Part shown: positions 29,718-38,942 of the stretch, piece after piece
Position numbering within the stretch: the stretch's first letter is position 1
How the letters are laid out: the number at the start of each line of letters is the position of its first letter
Origin: Chlamydiia bacterium
GTDB taxonomy: Bacteria; Chlamydiota; Chlamydiia; Chlamydiales; Rhabdochlamydiaceae
NCBI GenBank assembly: GCA_963804085.1
Contig: CAWDOQ010000017.1
Location: forward strand, 64,001 to 128,000
Direction: 5' to 3'
Length of the DNA: 64,000 bases
Translations under genes and position numbers: made by a program
Notes under the pieces: generated by a model
Told to the model about the DNA's origin: nothing
Seen by the model: only the letters and a program-made list of their open reading frames with translations
Database searches by the model: none

Positions 29718-30393
29718 AGCGGTAGCCGACGCCGCGGACAGTGTTGATCCAGTCGAAGTTGGGGCCGAGCTTTTTGCGGAGCGATGCGATGTGCACGTCG
29801 ATGTTGCGATCGACGATGAAGGCATCATCATTGTGCACGTCGTCTAGGAGCTGGTTGCGAGTCAAGACCTTGCCACGGTTGGAAAGCAGGCGCTTTAAGA
29901 TGCCGAATTCGGATAGGGTGATTGTGATGAGCTTATCGCCTTTGCGTAAGAGGTAGCGGTCGACTTCGAGAATAAAATCTCCAAAAGAGAGTGTTTTGAG
30001 AGTCTTTTCTGCCTCTTTGCCACGACGCAGCACCGCTTTGATGCGTGAGAAAAGCACTTTGGGCGAAAAGGGTTTAGCGACATAGTCATCTGCTCCGAGC
30101 TCTAAGCCGAGCACGACGTCGAGTTCCTCTCCTTTTGCGGTGAGGATGATGACGGGGATGTTTTTAAGTTCGGGGTTGTTTTTGATCTTGCGGCAGACAT
30201 CGAATCCATTTTGTCCGGGGAGCATGATGTCGAGAATGACGAGATCGGGTTTCTCTCTTTCGATCGCTCTATAGCCATTGATGCCATCTACTTCTACGTG
30301 CAGCTTGTAACCGGACACTTCGGCTTGGAGTTTGAGGAGAGCGGCGATGTCCTCTTCATCTTCGATAAGCAAGATTCTCTTTTTTTGGCTCAT
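29707..30393 (-). CDS. OmpR/PhoB-family response regulator
   Basis: IEDE, LDIMLP, GADDYVAKPF, RNIDVHI, TVRGVGY. Confidence 0.93.
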   Translation of the reverse strand: MSQKKRILLIEDEEDIAALLKLQAEVSGYKLHVEVDGINGYRAIEREKPDLVILDIMLPGQNGFDVCRKIKNNPELKNIPVIILTAKGEELDVVLGLELGADDYVAKPFSPKVLFSRIKAVLRRGKEAEKTLKTLSFGDFILEVDRYLLRKGDKLITITLSEFGILKRLLSNRGKVLTRNQLLDDVHNDDAFIVDRNIDVHIASLRKKLGPNFDWINTVRGVGYRFKE

Positions 30394-30554
30394 GTTTCAT
30401 TACCTTTTTTTGTACGCTGACGCTTGGGGTTCGACTCGCTTGCAGAGGGCGATGCTGGGCGCTTTTGAGAAAGGGAGCGGGTCATGTCCTCTTGGGATTG
30501 GGAAGAGTCGGCATAAAATTGCGAGACGATCTCGCTATTGATCTTCTTTACCAT
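30390..30554 (-). CDS. Unannotated 54-aa small protein with bipartite NLS-like motif
   Basis: MVKKINSEIVSQFYADSSQSQEDMTRSLSQKRPASPSASESNPKRQRTKKGNET*; fills the intergenic gap; stop overlaps the next ATG (ATGA). Confidence 0.5.
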   Translation of the reverse strand: MVKKINSEIVSQFYADSSQSQEDMTRSLSQKRPASPSASESNPKRQRTKKGNET

Positions 30555-30567
30555 GGAGACGATTCTC

Positions 30568-31146
30568 TTACGCTCCTTCTTCGTCCAAGATAGCTATAGG
30601 TCCCCACACTGCCCAAGGAAAATACTCTTCTGCTTGCGCACTGTTGCATTTTTTGAATATCGCTTGAAATAGTGCAACCTTTAGTTTTTCTCTATCCTTA
30701 ATTCCCTCTCCACTCAAAGCGTTAAAAATATTTGGTCTATTTTGAAGCGTATCGATTACTTTTCGGAGTTCTTCTCCTTTAATATGAACCAACTGGTAGC
30801 GGCTGTGATAGACGATAGGAGCGCAGGTATCATCAGTAGCAAGTTGAAGAGCAAGCTTTCCGGGTTCTTTAAATTTGGAGAAATCCAGCTCTCGCAAATT
30901 AGATAAACAGCCTTTGATGATGACAAGGTAAGAACGTCTATATTCTGGGGCATAGCATTTTTTACCAATAAAACGCATATCCTCTTTGCCGCAATAGGTA
31001 TGCTGCTTAATCGCCTGCACAAACAGCGTGAAGCTGCTATCTTTAGAAAAAAAGAGATTAAATAGTGCATCCGCTTTTCCAGGAGAGAGATAGCTTCCCA
31101 CTATTGTCATAAGGCCGGTGTTATGAAAAAGAGATACGCTTGTCAT
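30568..31146 (-). CDS. Hypothetical protein
   Basis: 192-aa ORF coupled to murI by ATGA overlap; AT-richer than neighbours. Confidence 0.65.
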   Translation of the reverse strand: MTSVSLFHNTGLMTIVGSYLSPGKADALFNLFFSKDSSFTLFVQAIKQHTYCGKEDMRFIGKKCYAPEYRRSYLVIIKGCLSNLRELDFSKFKEPGKLALQLATDDTCAPIVYHSRYQLVHIKGEELRKVIDTLQNRPNIFNALSGEGIKDREKLKVALFQAIFKKCNSAQAEEYFPWAVWGPIAILDEEGA

Positions 31147-31949
31147 ACGGGTTTTGAAAGTACGTGTTCAATAGGGTAGCTTAAAAAAGTTTTACCAAGA
31201 AGACGAAATTTTTCCGGATCGTCAGAAACATAAAAAGTGTAATCGGGTGTTCTCTTTTGCGGATTGAGAAGAGCATTTTTGTTTAACAGGAGACGCACGC
31301 TCTCGGCACAAGAGAGAGCGGGATCTATCAATGTAGTCTCTTTTGAGCACTCTTTTTTTAATGCGCTTTCTAAAAGAGGGTAATGGGTGCATCCCAAAAG
31401 AAGGGCGTCGATCTTCTCTTTTTTTAAGGGGCTCAAGTATTCGCGGATGGCAAGCTCTGTAAGCATATGGTCGATAAATCCTTCTTCTACGAGGGGAACA
31501 AAGAGAGGACAGGCGATGGCAAAAATTTTGGAGCGAGGAAGCTTTTTTGCGATCTCAGCCTGATAGACGCCCGACGAGATGGTGCTGCGCGTGGCTAAAA
31601 CTGCGATGCTATCGTGTTTAGGAAGATGTTCTAAGCTTTCGATTGCTGCAGGAATTACTCCCACAATTGGGATGGGAAACTCCTTTTGCAGTTCGCTCAA
31701 GGCGAGCGCGCAAGCTGTGTGGCAAGCTATGACGAGGATTTTGATCTTCTGCTCGAGAAGAAATTGGCTGCTTTCTTGCACATAGCGTAAGACTGTTTCC
31801 TGACTCTTGTTACCATAAGGCAGCCTTGCGGTGTCACCAAAATAGACGATATTTTCGTGGGGTAAAAGCGCGCGAATTCTACGCATGACGGTGAGACCGC
31901 CAAACCCTGAATCAAAGATGCCGATTTTGGCGCTTTTTTCAGTCTGCAT
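31143..31949 (-). CDS. murI: Glutamate racemase
   Basis: FDSGFGGLTV, DTARLPYG, IACHTA, LGCTHY. Confidence 0.95.
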   Translation of the reverse strand: MQTEKSAKIGIFDSGFGGLTVMRRIRALLPHENIVYFGDTARLPYGNKSQETVLRYVQESSQFLLEQKIKILVIACHTACALALSELQKEFPIPIVGVIPAAIESLEHLPKHDSIAVLATRSTISSGVYQAEIAKKLPRSKIFAIACPLFVPLVEEGFIDHMLTELAIREYLSPLKKEKIDALLLGCTHYPLLESALKKECSKETTLIDPALSCAESVRLLLNKNALLNPQKRTPDYTFYVSDDPEKFRLLGKTFLSYPIEHVLSKPV

Positions 31950-32382
31950 TTTTATTTTTTAATGCTTGGCTAAGAGAGGTGAGGGTGCTTTTAAGTTTAG
32001 CGACCTCATCGAGACGCTTGTTTTGCGTGGCGATCTCATTTTCTAGCTCGCGCATCTTATCTCTTAGCTGAGAAAAGGTGGTTTGCGATTGGGTCGTATG
32101 TGAGGAGATCTTCTCTTGGAGTTTCTCTAGTTGGGCGACTTTTTGAGAAAGTGCGGCTATCTGCTGGGCAAGTTCTGGGCTGCGCGCAGGCGGCTTTTGC
32201 ACTTTTTTCTCGCGCTCTTCTAAAATTTGAAGAGCGACTTGTGTGCCGTGCAAAGTGTGTTTAAGATCTGCCACTTCCGTTCGCAGCTCATCTATTGCAA
32301 TGTCAACGCGATGGTTGTCCTCTTGCAAAAAGGCAAGAGGAGCACGCGAGCAACCGGCCAACAGAAGCATTAATAATCCCAC
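31939..32382 (-). CDS. Coiled-coil lipoprotein downstream of pal
   Basis: LAGC lipobox then long coiled coil; start uncertain (GTG 32382 or ATG 32370). Confidence 0.65.
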   Translation of the reverse strand: MGLLMLLLAGCSRAPLAFLQEDNHRVDIAIDELRTEVADLKHTLHGTQVALQILEEREKKVQKPPARSPELAQQIAALSQKVAQLEKLQEKISSHTTQSQTTFSQLRDKMRELENEIATQNKRLDEVAKLKSTLTSLSQALKNKNAD

Positions 32383-32404
32383 TAATGTTGGATATACTCT
32401 TATA

Positions 32405-32515
32405 TGGAGTGCGGCGACTTGTCGCCGCTTTGTTAGACAGCGACTTGTCGCTGCTTTTGAAGAGCACCGTGACAAGTCACGGTGGAGAAAAGCGGCGACA
32501 AGTCGCCGCACTCCA
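32405..32515. repeat. REP/MITE-like palindromic element, copy 2
   Basis: Homologous to 4295-4406. Confidence 0.85.
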
Positions 32516-32587
32516 CACAAGAAGGATGCGCTCTTTAAGTATCTATCGCCCTTTTTATACGCAGCAATGAAGTTACGCAAGAGGTCT

Positions 32588-33268
32588 CTATCTTTGATAG
32601 ATCTTAAATTGTGCGCGACGGTTCTTTGCCCAAGACTCGGAAGCATGGCCGAGCTCTGCAGGACGCTCTTTGCCGTAAGAGATCGTGTGGATCTGGTTGA
32701 GATCGACACCCTTCTTGACCAAGAGAGAGCGGATGTAATTGGCACGACGAGCTCCCAAAGAGAGGTTGTAGGCTTCTGGGCCCCTTTCGTCCGCGTGTCC
32801 TTCGATCATCAAATAGGTATTAGGATGATCTTTCAAATACTCAGCAGCACGGTCTACCGCTGCCAAAGAGTCTTGAGAGCGCAGCATGTGGTCATCGGTA
32901 TTAAAGTAGAGTGTGCGGAAAACAGAGAGAAGTGCAGAAGAGGGGTTTTGGAAGGCCTCGATATTAGGGATACCGCTTCCAGGCTCTCCTGGAGCATTTT
33001 TAGGTTGTGGGATAGCTCCATCGGAAAATTGCGATTTTAAATCTTCATCGCGCAGTGCGAGGAAGTCTTCGCTCGAAGGACCGATAAAGTCGTCGTTTTG
33101 TGCAAAGTGGTCTTCGCCATCATTGCCCCAAAGGGACTGGCTGTTTTTATATTTGAAGCTTCCTGCAGACTTGGAATCGTCCCATACGTTTCTGTTGTTT
33201 TTACATCCTGTGACGATAAGGCAGGTAAGACCGCATGCTACGAGCATCCATTGATAATTCTTTTTCAT
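32588..33268 (-). CDS. pal: Peptidoglycan-associated lipoprotein
   Basis: VTGC lipobox; IEGHADERG...YNLSLGARRA, SYGKERP, NRRA. Confidence 0.95.
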   Translation of the reverse strand: MKKNYQWMLVACGLTCLIVTGCKNNRNVWDDSKSAGSFKYKNSQSLWGNDGEDHFAQNDDFIGPSSEDFLALRDEDLKSQFSDGAIPQPKNAPGEPGSGIPNIEAFQNPSSALLSVFRTLYFNTDDHMLRSQDSLAAVDRAAEYLKDHPNTYLMIEGHADERGPEAYNLSLGARRANYIRSLLVKKGVDLNQIHTISYGKERPAELGHASESWAKNRRAQFKIYQR

Positions 33269-33282
33269 TTTTTCCTCTTATA

Positions 33283-34659
33283 TTAACGTTTTCCCCATGT
33301 GGGGTAATGTTTTTTTCCCTGACCTTTAGTAATTTTAAAGGCGTCGGGTTGGTTTAAATTCACAAGATAAAGTTCAGACGAGGAGCCATCGGTCGAGTTA
33401 AACACCATGTGGGTGCTATCTGGTGCCCAAACAGGATTCTCTTTGTTGCCGGGTCCAAATGTGAGCTGTTTTTCCTCTTTCGTCATGAAGTCATAAATCC
33501 AAATCTGGCGTATCCCCCCTGTTTTAGCACTATAGGCTAATTTTCTTCCATCAGGAGACCAGGAAGGACAGGAATTTTCGTTATTTTGTTTTGTAAGTAG
33601 CACAGCTTCAGAGCGCTTTCCCTGAAAAGTTGCAGGAATCGTGTAGATGCGCATGCGGCTATCTTTGTCTGACACAAAAGCGATTTGAGAGCCATCGGGG
33701 CTAAATGTAGGCGATGCTTGTGTAGAACGTGGGTAGGAGTAGAGCTGCACCGGCTTTCCCACCTCGCCCGTCGCAGGATTGAAGGGCTGTAAAAAGAGGT
33801 CCGATCTTCCGTTGGCATCGCAGATAAAAGCAACCTTGTCGCGCTGCAAAGAGATCGCAGGAAGCAGCTGATTGCCGCGCAAATCGATTAGTCTACGGCC
33901 GACTCCCTCTTTTATCGAAGCGATGAAGATTTTAGGCTGACCCATCTTGTAGGAGACGTAGAGGAAACGATCGCCCGCTGCGGGATATTGAGGAGAGGCG
34001 GGAACGAGGACGGGTGTAACGCAGTAGCTGCGCTCTTTCGTGATCTGGCGCGCATTGTGTCCATCCCAGTCGCACTCCCAAATCTCCGACTGCCAATCGC
34101 CGCTATCGGCTTTAGTCTCTTTGAGCTGGACAGCGTAAAGAATTCTTGTGCTGGCAATCCCCTCTTTATTGAAGAGCGCTTTAGAGACGCCGTCTGCAAG
34201 CTTGTGGATCTGTCTGCGGTCCTGGTTTAAATCTCCGGTTAGTGCCACATCCATAAAGTGTTTGAGCGAACCGGTTTGTATAGAGAGGGCGTAAGCCTCG
34301 AGGGTTTTACCGGTGATTTTGACTTTTACGAGGTAGGGAATGCCCATGCTCTTCCAAGAAGGGACATGAAAAGCTTCTTTCACATCTTCTTTGGAAAGGA
34401 GCTGCTCCTTCTGCTCAGTTGAAGGAACGACTTTTGTGACGCCGTTATAGCTTAGGTCAAAAGCTAATACCGCTTCGAGCTGATGCAGGTAATCTTTATC
34501 GAAAGAGCTCGTGCCGCCAAATTTGCCGACATATAGCGGAGAGAGGGCGCTTGTAGAAGAGAGCTGCACACGGATCTCTTGGCTAGAAGAGTCTTCTGCA
34601 TAAAGTACAGAACAGGGACTAGAGCAGACTAAAAGAGATGCAAGTATTTTATATTTCAT
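33283..34659 (-). CDS. tolB: Tol-Pal beta-propeller protein
   Basis: PD40 repeats (PTFSPDG, PSWSPDG, PVWAPD); upstream of pal. Confidence 0.93.
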   Translation of the reverse strand: MKYKILASLLVCSSPCSVLYAEDSSSQEIRVQLSSTSALSPLYVGKFGGTSSFDKDYLHQLEAVLAFDLSYNGVTKVVPSTEQKEQLLSKEDVKEAFHVPSWKSMGIPYLVKVKITGKTLEAYALSIQTGSLKHFMDVALTGDLNQDRRQIHKLADGVSKALFNKEGIASTRILYAVQLKETKADSGDWQSEIWECDWDGHNARQITKERSYCVTPVLVPASPQYPAAGDRFLYVSYKMGQPKIFIASIKEGVGRRLIDLRGNQLLPAISLQRDKVAFICDANGRSDLFLQPFNPATGEVGKPVQLYSYPRSTQASPTFSPDGSQIAFVSDKDSRMRIYTIPATFQGKRSEAVLLTKQNNENSCPSWSPDGRKLAYSAKTGGIRQIWIYDFMTKEEKQLTFGPGNKENPVWAPDSTHMVFNSTDGSSSELYLVNLNQPDAFKITKGQGKKHYPTWGKR

Positions 34660-35441
34660 AGCTCGTTACAAAATGTCACTACGTAGGTCTTCTGTTTTTT
34701 AATTCCTTCCACCGGAGGAAATCTCAAGTGCGGTAGATGCAATTCGAGATACTCCCTATTTTTCTCACTTTCCGTTTTTATGACTAGAAGATTCACGACG
34801 CTGCCATCTGCACGCAGAGTCAGCTGTACCTTCACCTCGCCATAATCGGGAAGGTGGAGCGACTCTTTTAAATAACCGATAAGCGTCGCTTGATACTCCC
34901 CTTCACCACTTCCTCTCTCATCTATACCATCTAACTGGACTGGTGCTAGCTTGCTAGGCAGCTCTAATTTTCGAGAGGAACTTCTTTTATCGGGCTTTTC
35001 ATCGATTTTCGCAATGCTTTCTTCTAGATCGTTTAATAACTTCTGCGTTAGTTTTTCCCGGTTTTCAGGTACAGATTTTTTTGGAGGCGGCTTTTTGTTG
35101 CTCTTGTCTAGCTGTTTATCAGCAATGGGAGGCGCCTTTTTTGCTGGTGGCGGCGTTGGCTTTTTGACAGGAGCAGGGGGAGGGGCTTTTGCCTCAACCT
35201 TTTTTGCTTTTGGAAGAGATGGCGAGCTGTTTGCAGCTTTTACACTCTTTTCTCTCGGTGAGGAGGCGATGGGTTTTGCTGTCATCGTCTTGATGACGAG
35301 CGACTTTTGCGTATTTTTAACTTTAGGCGTGAAGAAAAAGGTAAGGTATCCGAGCAGCGAGAGATGAGCGCCAATCACAAAAAAAGTGAAAAAGGCGCGC
35401 GGAGTATCACGTTTAATCCATTTGCGTAGGCGGTATAGCAC
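34656..35441 (-). CDS. TolA/TonB-like energy transducer
   Basis: N-terminal TM with His, Lys/Pro-rich linker, C-terminal alpha/beta domain; operon context. Confidence 0.7.
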   Translation of the reverse strand: MLYRLRKWIKRDTPRAFFTFFVIGAHLSLLGYLTFFFTPKVKNTQKSLVIKTMTAKPIASSPREKSVKAANSSPSLPKAKKVEAKAPPPAPVKKPTPPPAKKAPPIADKQLDKSNKKPPPKKSVPENREKLTQKLLNDLEESIAKIDEKPDKRSSSRKLELPSKLAPVQLDGIDERGSGEGEYQATLIGYLKESLHLPDYGEVKVQLTLRADGSVVNLLVIKTESEKNREYLELHLPHLRFPPVEGIKKQKTYVVTFCNEL

Positions 35442-35451
35442 GCCTTACAGG

Positions 35452-37677
35452 CTAGGACGAACGACGCGAATTTGTCAATCGGCTTAAGATAGCGGTGACC
35501 TCTCCGCGCTGCTTATCCATCCTTTCAGACCTATAGAAGGCATTGGCGGGCAGATGCATCACGCGCCCGTGGTATGCATGGTTCAAGGCGTTTACCGTCT
35601 TTGCCGTGCCATCTTCCTTTTCATAGCTGATGCTTCTCCATGAGCCGAGGACCAAGCATAGGAAAGAGAAGAGAAAGTCTCTTAGCCAGAGCCACCAGAC
35701 ACTGCGGATGCTACGTATGAAATCGAAAATAGGACCGAGAACAGGTTTTTTAAGCTCAGCATCGTAGATCGATATCTTATAAAACTGCTGACTCTCAAAA
35801 CAGAGCGTGATGAGCTTTTGAAGGTCATTTGTTAAGATAGCATCTGCACCTGCAGGGTTTTCTGCATAGAGAGCTTGGATTTTTTGAAGAGCTTCAGCTT
35901 CTGTGACTTTATATGCAGCGATAGGCGTTCCATTGATTTTGAGCACATCTGCAAGGGTGTTGATACAGAGGTGCAGAAGGGATGCCATCTTTGCTTGGTC
36001 TTTTCCTGCGATCAGATGCTCGGCTACCTCTTTGGAGAGAACCGAAAGAGCCTCATCATCCAGCTCTTTTCTAATCACTTTGATCTCCTCGTGAACTTCT
36101 CTATCCGGAAAGAGCGATTCAACGAACTCTTCAAATGGTTTGTAAAATCTTTGGCCGATTACTGTATCATACACTTTTTGTACGTGTCTTGCGCAGTTAT
36201 TGCCCGTCGGTTGGAAGACCTCTTGTCCTGCACGCGCCTTCTCGACAAAGTGGGCTAAATGCTTTTGCAGCACCTGAAACTCTGCGCCATCGATCGCGAA
36301 GAACTCAGAAAATTTCTGCCTTTGGCTTAAGTAGTCGCTCTCATCCGGATAGTGAAGCATGCCCGGCTGTGTGCTTTGCAAGAAGCAAAGCTTGTCTATG
36401 TCGCTGTCGGGTAGCGTAGGAGGCTGGAATCCAAAAGGAAGAATAACGAATTTTCCAGGCTCAACTTCTGCGACAACCTCAAAAAAGCCGTGGTTATTGG
36501 GGATGTTTAGATCCGCAGTCTCACGTGTTGCGCAAACTGCAAGAGCAAAACGTGTGCCGGAGTAAGGCCAGCGTACTTGACCGGCGAAACGTTGTTGAAG
36601 CTGCGCCTCGTCGACCATTCTCCATGGGGGTAGTTTTAGGAGCCAGTCTGGCTGATTCACGTCGACCTGATCGATCTGGTGGGTTGTGGGATTAAAAGAG
36701 CCAAGCTGAATCGAATCCCAGTTTAAGATTCCCTCTTGAAAGACCTCGACATCTTCGTAACCGGAACGTTTAGCGCGCATCTTGGAGTAGATATCTTGTT
36801 TCGGAAGAGAGTGGGGAGTGGCCTTAGTATCTACCAAGTTGCGTAATGCAACAGATTGCTTTTTTGTTCCCTGAACTCTTTCCCACACCCCTTGTATCTT
36901 GATACTTACTGCTAAAGAACCATCCGCTTGAGGACGCAAAGAGAGCATGTCGGGGGAGACTGCGCCGATCCGCTTATCAAGAGTCGCCTTCATGAGAGCA
37001 TCGGTTTCATTGGGATATTCAACAAAAACCTTAATCCATTCGGGAGCATCCATTCCAGAGGCGCCTGGGGACCTTAGGCAAAATTTAACAAATCCCTCTG
37101 TCCAAGGATCTTTGTATTTATCATCTTCATCATGATATACGAAGTACTGTCTTACGAATTTTGGATACATGCGTTTATCGAGCTTGTCCCACACGAGGCT
37201 GTTTGAATTGCGCTCGATTTCTGCACTTTTTGTGTGGCGGCGAAGAAGAGCTTCGACAAATGCGGGATACTCATTGCAGACGCGTGCGATTTGCGCCCTA
37301 TCATGAGCAGTTAGTTGTCCGTTTCCACCGGGATAAAGATCGGCTTTTCTTTTGTAACGCTCGATGATTCTGGTAAAATCGGTCAAAAGCTCATCGCGAG
37401 CAGGGGCATGTGTGCGTCCCTTTGTGCGGTACATGAGGGCAATTTGCTGCCGTTCTAACATCCAAAGGTCGTTTTCTGCATCAGGTTCATCGGTAAGTTT
37501 TTCAAAAACTAAACCGAGGCGCACTCCTTGCGCATCGTCAACGAGTTGTTGGTAAGTTCTAGCTTCTCCTTCAACCGGCGCCTTTGCAGCAGCAGAAATA
37601 TCGGGTCTTACGGGGATCTGCTCAAGCTTTGCTAGTTGTGGGTTTAGCGCATTTAACCTATCGACGGCAGATGCCAT
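35452..37677 (-). CDS. Large hypothetical protein, possible permuted papain-like (His...NNC) domain
   Basis: 741-aa ORF; NNHGFFEV and FQPTGNNCA motifs; C-terminal hydrophobic helix. Confidence 0.6.
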   Translation of the reverse strand: MASAVDRLNALNPQLAKLEQIPVRPDISAAAKAPVEGEARTYQQLVDDAQGVRLGLVFEKLTDEPDAENDLWMLERQQIALMYRTKGRTHAPARDELLTDFTRIIERYKRKADLYPGGNGQLTAHDRAQIARVCNEYPAFVEALLRRHTKSAEIERNSNSLVWDKLDKRMYPKFVRQYFVYHDEDDKYKDPWTEGFVKFCLRSPGASGMDAPEWIKVFVEYPNETDALMKATLDKRIGAVSPDMLSLRPQADGSLAVSIKIQGVWERVQGTKKQSVALRNLVDTKATPHSLPKQDIYSKMRAKRSGYEDVEVFQEGILNWDSIQLGSFNPTTHQIDQVDVNQPDWLLKLPPWRMVDEAQLQQRFAGQVRWPYSGTRFALAVCATRETADLNIPNNHGFFEVVAEVEPGKFVILPFGFQPPTLPDSDIDKLCFLQSTQPGMLHYPDESDYLSQRQKFSEFFAIDGAEFQVLQKHLAHFVEKARAGQEVFQPTGNNCARHVQKVYDTVIGQRFYKPFEEFVESLFPDREVHEEIKVIRKELDDEALSVLSKEVAEHLIAGKDQAKMASLLHLCINTLADVLKINGTPIAAYKVTEAEALQKIQALYAENPAGADAILTNDLQKLITLCFESQQFYKISIYDAELKKPVLGPIFDFIRSIRSVWWLWLRDFLFSFLCLVLGSWRSISYEKEDGTAKTVNALNHAYHGRVMHLPANAFYRSERMDKQRGEVTAILSRLTNSRRSS

Positions 37678-37754
37678 AATCTGGAATTCCTCTCATGTAA
37701 AATAAGGAAAATTATATAGGGAATCTCTTTAAATGACAAATGTTAAAGAGATTT

Positions 37755-38180
37755 TTAGTCGGGTTGTAAAATAATGTCTAGCTGTTCGAAGCCCGCCTGC
37801 TCTATAGCATTTTTAATGGCTTGGTAGGTGCCAAATTCCGCTTTTTTATCGGGAAAGAGCTGGGGGGTGCGGTTGGGATATTTTTTTTTAGCTTCTTTGA
37901 GGAGGGGCAAAAGATGCTCACGAGTGACAAATTTTGAATTGAATCGGATCCGGTTGTCGGCAAAAACATAGATCGCAACAGGGCTTGCCTCTTCAACGAC
38001 TGCCATCTGCTTGCTCTCTTTTGCACTGGCTTGAGCGAGCTGGATCCGGTCGAGCTCTAAGAGAGGGGCGATCAGGATGAACATGATCAGAACGACAAAG
38101 ATAACGTCTAAGAGAGGCGTCAGGTTGATCGACACATCTTCGATCGCTTCATGATGAGCAAGTGAGCGTTTTTTTCTCAT
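37755..38180 (-). CDS. exbD: TolR/ExbD biopolymer transport protein
   Basis: INLTPLLDVIFVVLIMF. Confidence 0.9.
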   Translation of the reverse strand: MRKKRSLAHHEAIEDVSINLTPLLDVIFVVLIMFILIAPLLELDRIQLAQASAKESKQMAVVEEASPVAIYVFADNRIRFNSKFVTREHLLPLLKEAKKKYPNRTPQLFPDKKAEFGTYQAIKNAIEQAGFEQLDIILQPD

Positions 38181-38183
38181 GAT

Positions 38184-38942
38184 CTAATCGATATCCGCTT
38201 TGCGGTATTGGAGTTCCACGCGCGAGAGGAGCATATAGAGAAAGTCCTCCATATCGGAGGAGAGGTTTTTAGAAGTTTGCTTCAAGTAGTTATAAGAGAT
38301 AATAGCAGGAATGGCGATTAAAAGGCCGATCACCGTTGCTGCAAGCGCCGTCGAAAGTCCCCCTAAAATCATGGCGCTAGATCCTGCCGAGCCAACATGT
38401 AGCTCTGAAAAGGTGATCACGATTCCCCATACTGTGCCCAAAAGACCCAAAAAGGGAGCAAGCGTCACTACAGTGGAAAGAATGAAGAGGTTTTTTTCTA
38501 GTTGTTTCGCTTGAATGGAGATAGTGGTGAGAACATGCGACTCGATGAGATCCAGATCTCCGCGCGATAGATAGACGGCTTGCGTTTTAGGAGAGCCTGC
38601 CTGCGCTGAGAAGTAGCGGTTTTTATTTAACACTTCAACCGCCTTCTGCTTTAAGCTAAAGAAGATCGCTGCAAAAGGGTGTGGGATCTTGGATGTCGTT
38701 TTGGGGAGGTCTGTGATATCCAAAGAGAAAAGAGGTTCATTATTCTGTTCGACAGCAGATTGGAAAGCAAAAGAGACCTCTCTTACTTTGCGTGTTAGCC
38801 ATGTTTTGTGCAGAAGAACCACCCAGCAGACCACCGAGAGGATGATCAGACCGAGAAAAATGAGTTTACCAAAAAAATCCGATTGGGAATAAGCGGTGAC
38901 AAAGACGTTCATGCCAATAAGAGACAAAGATGTGGAGAGCAT
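38184..38942 (-). CDS. exbB: TolQ/ExbB proton channel
   Basis: LAPFLGLLGTVWGI, ALAATVIGLLIAIPA; start uncertain. Confidence 0.9.
   Translation of the reverse strand: MLSTSLSLIGMNVFVTAYSQSDFFGKLIFLGLIILSVVCWVVLLHKTWLTRKVREVSFAFQSAVEQNNEPLFSLDITDLPKTTSKIPHPFAAIFFSLKQKAVEVLNKNRYFSAQAGSPKTQAVYLSRGDLDLIESHVLTTISIQAKQLEKNLFILSTVVTLAPFLGLLGTVWGIVITFSELHVGSAGSSAMILGGLSTALAATVIGLLIAIPAIISYNYLKQTSKNLSSDMEDFLYMLLSRVELQYRKADID

Noticed and set aside
32383..32745. N-terminal extension of the 268-aa ORF at 31939-32745
   Set aside because: Overlaps pal in another frame and runs through a repeat; the lipobox indicates a later start
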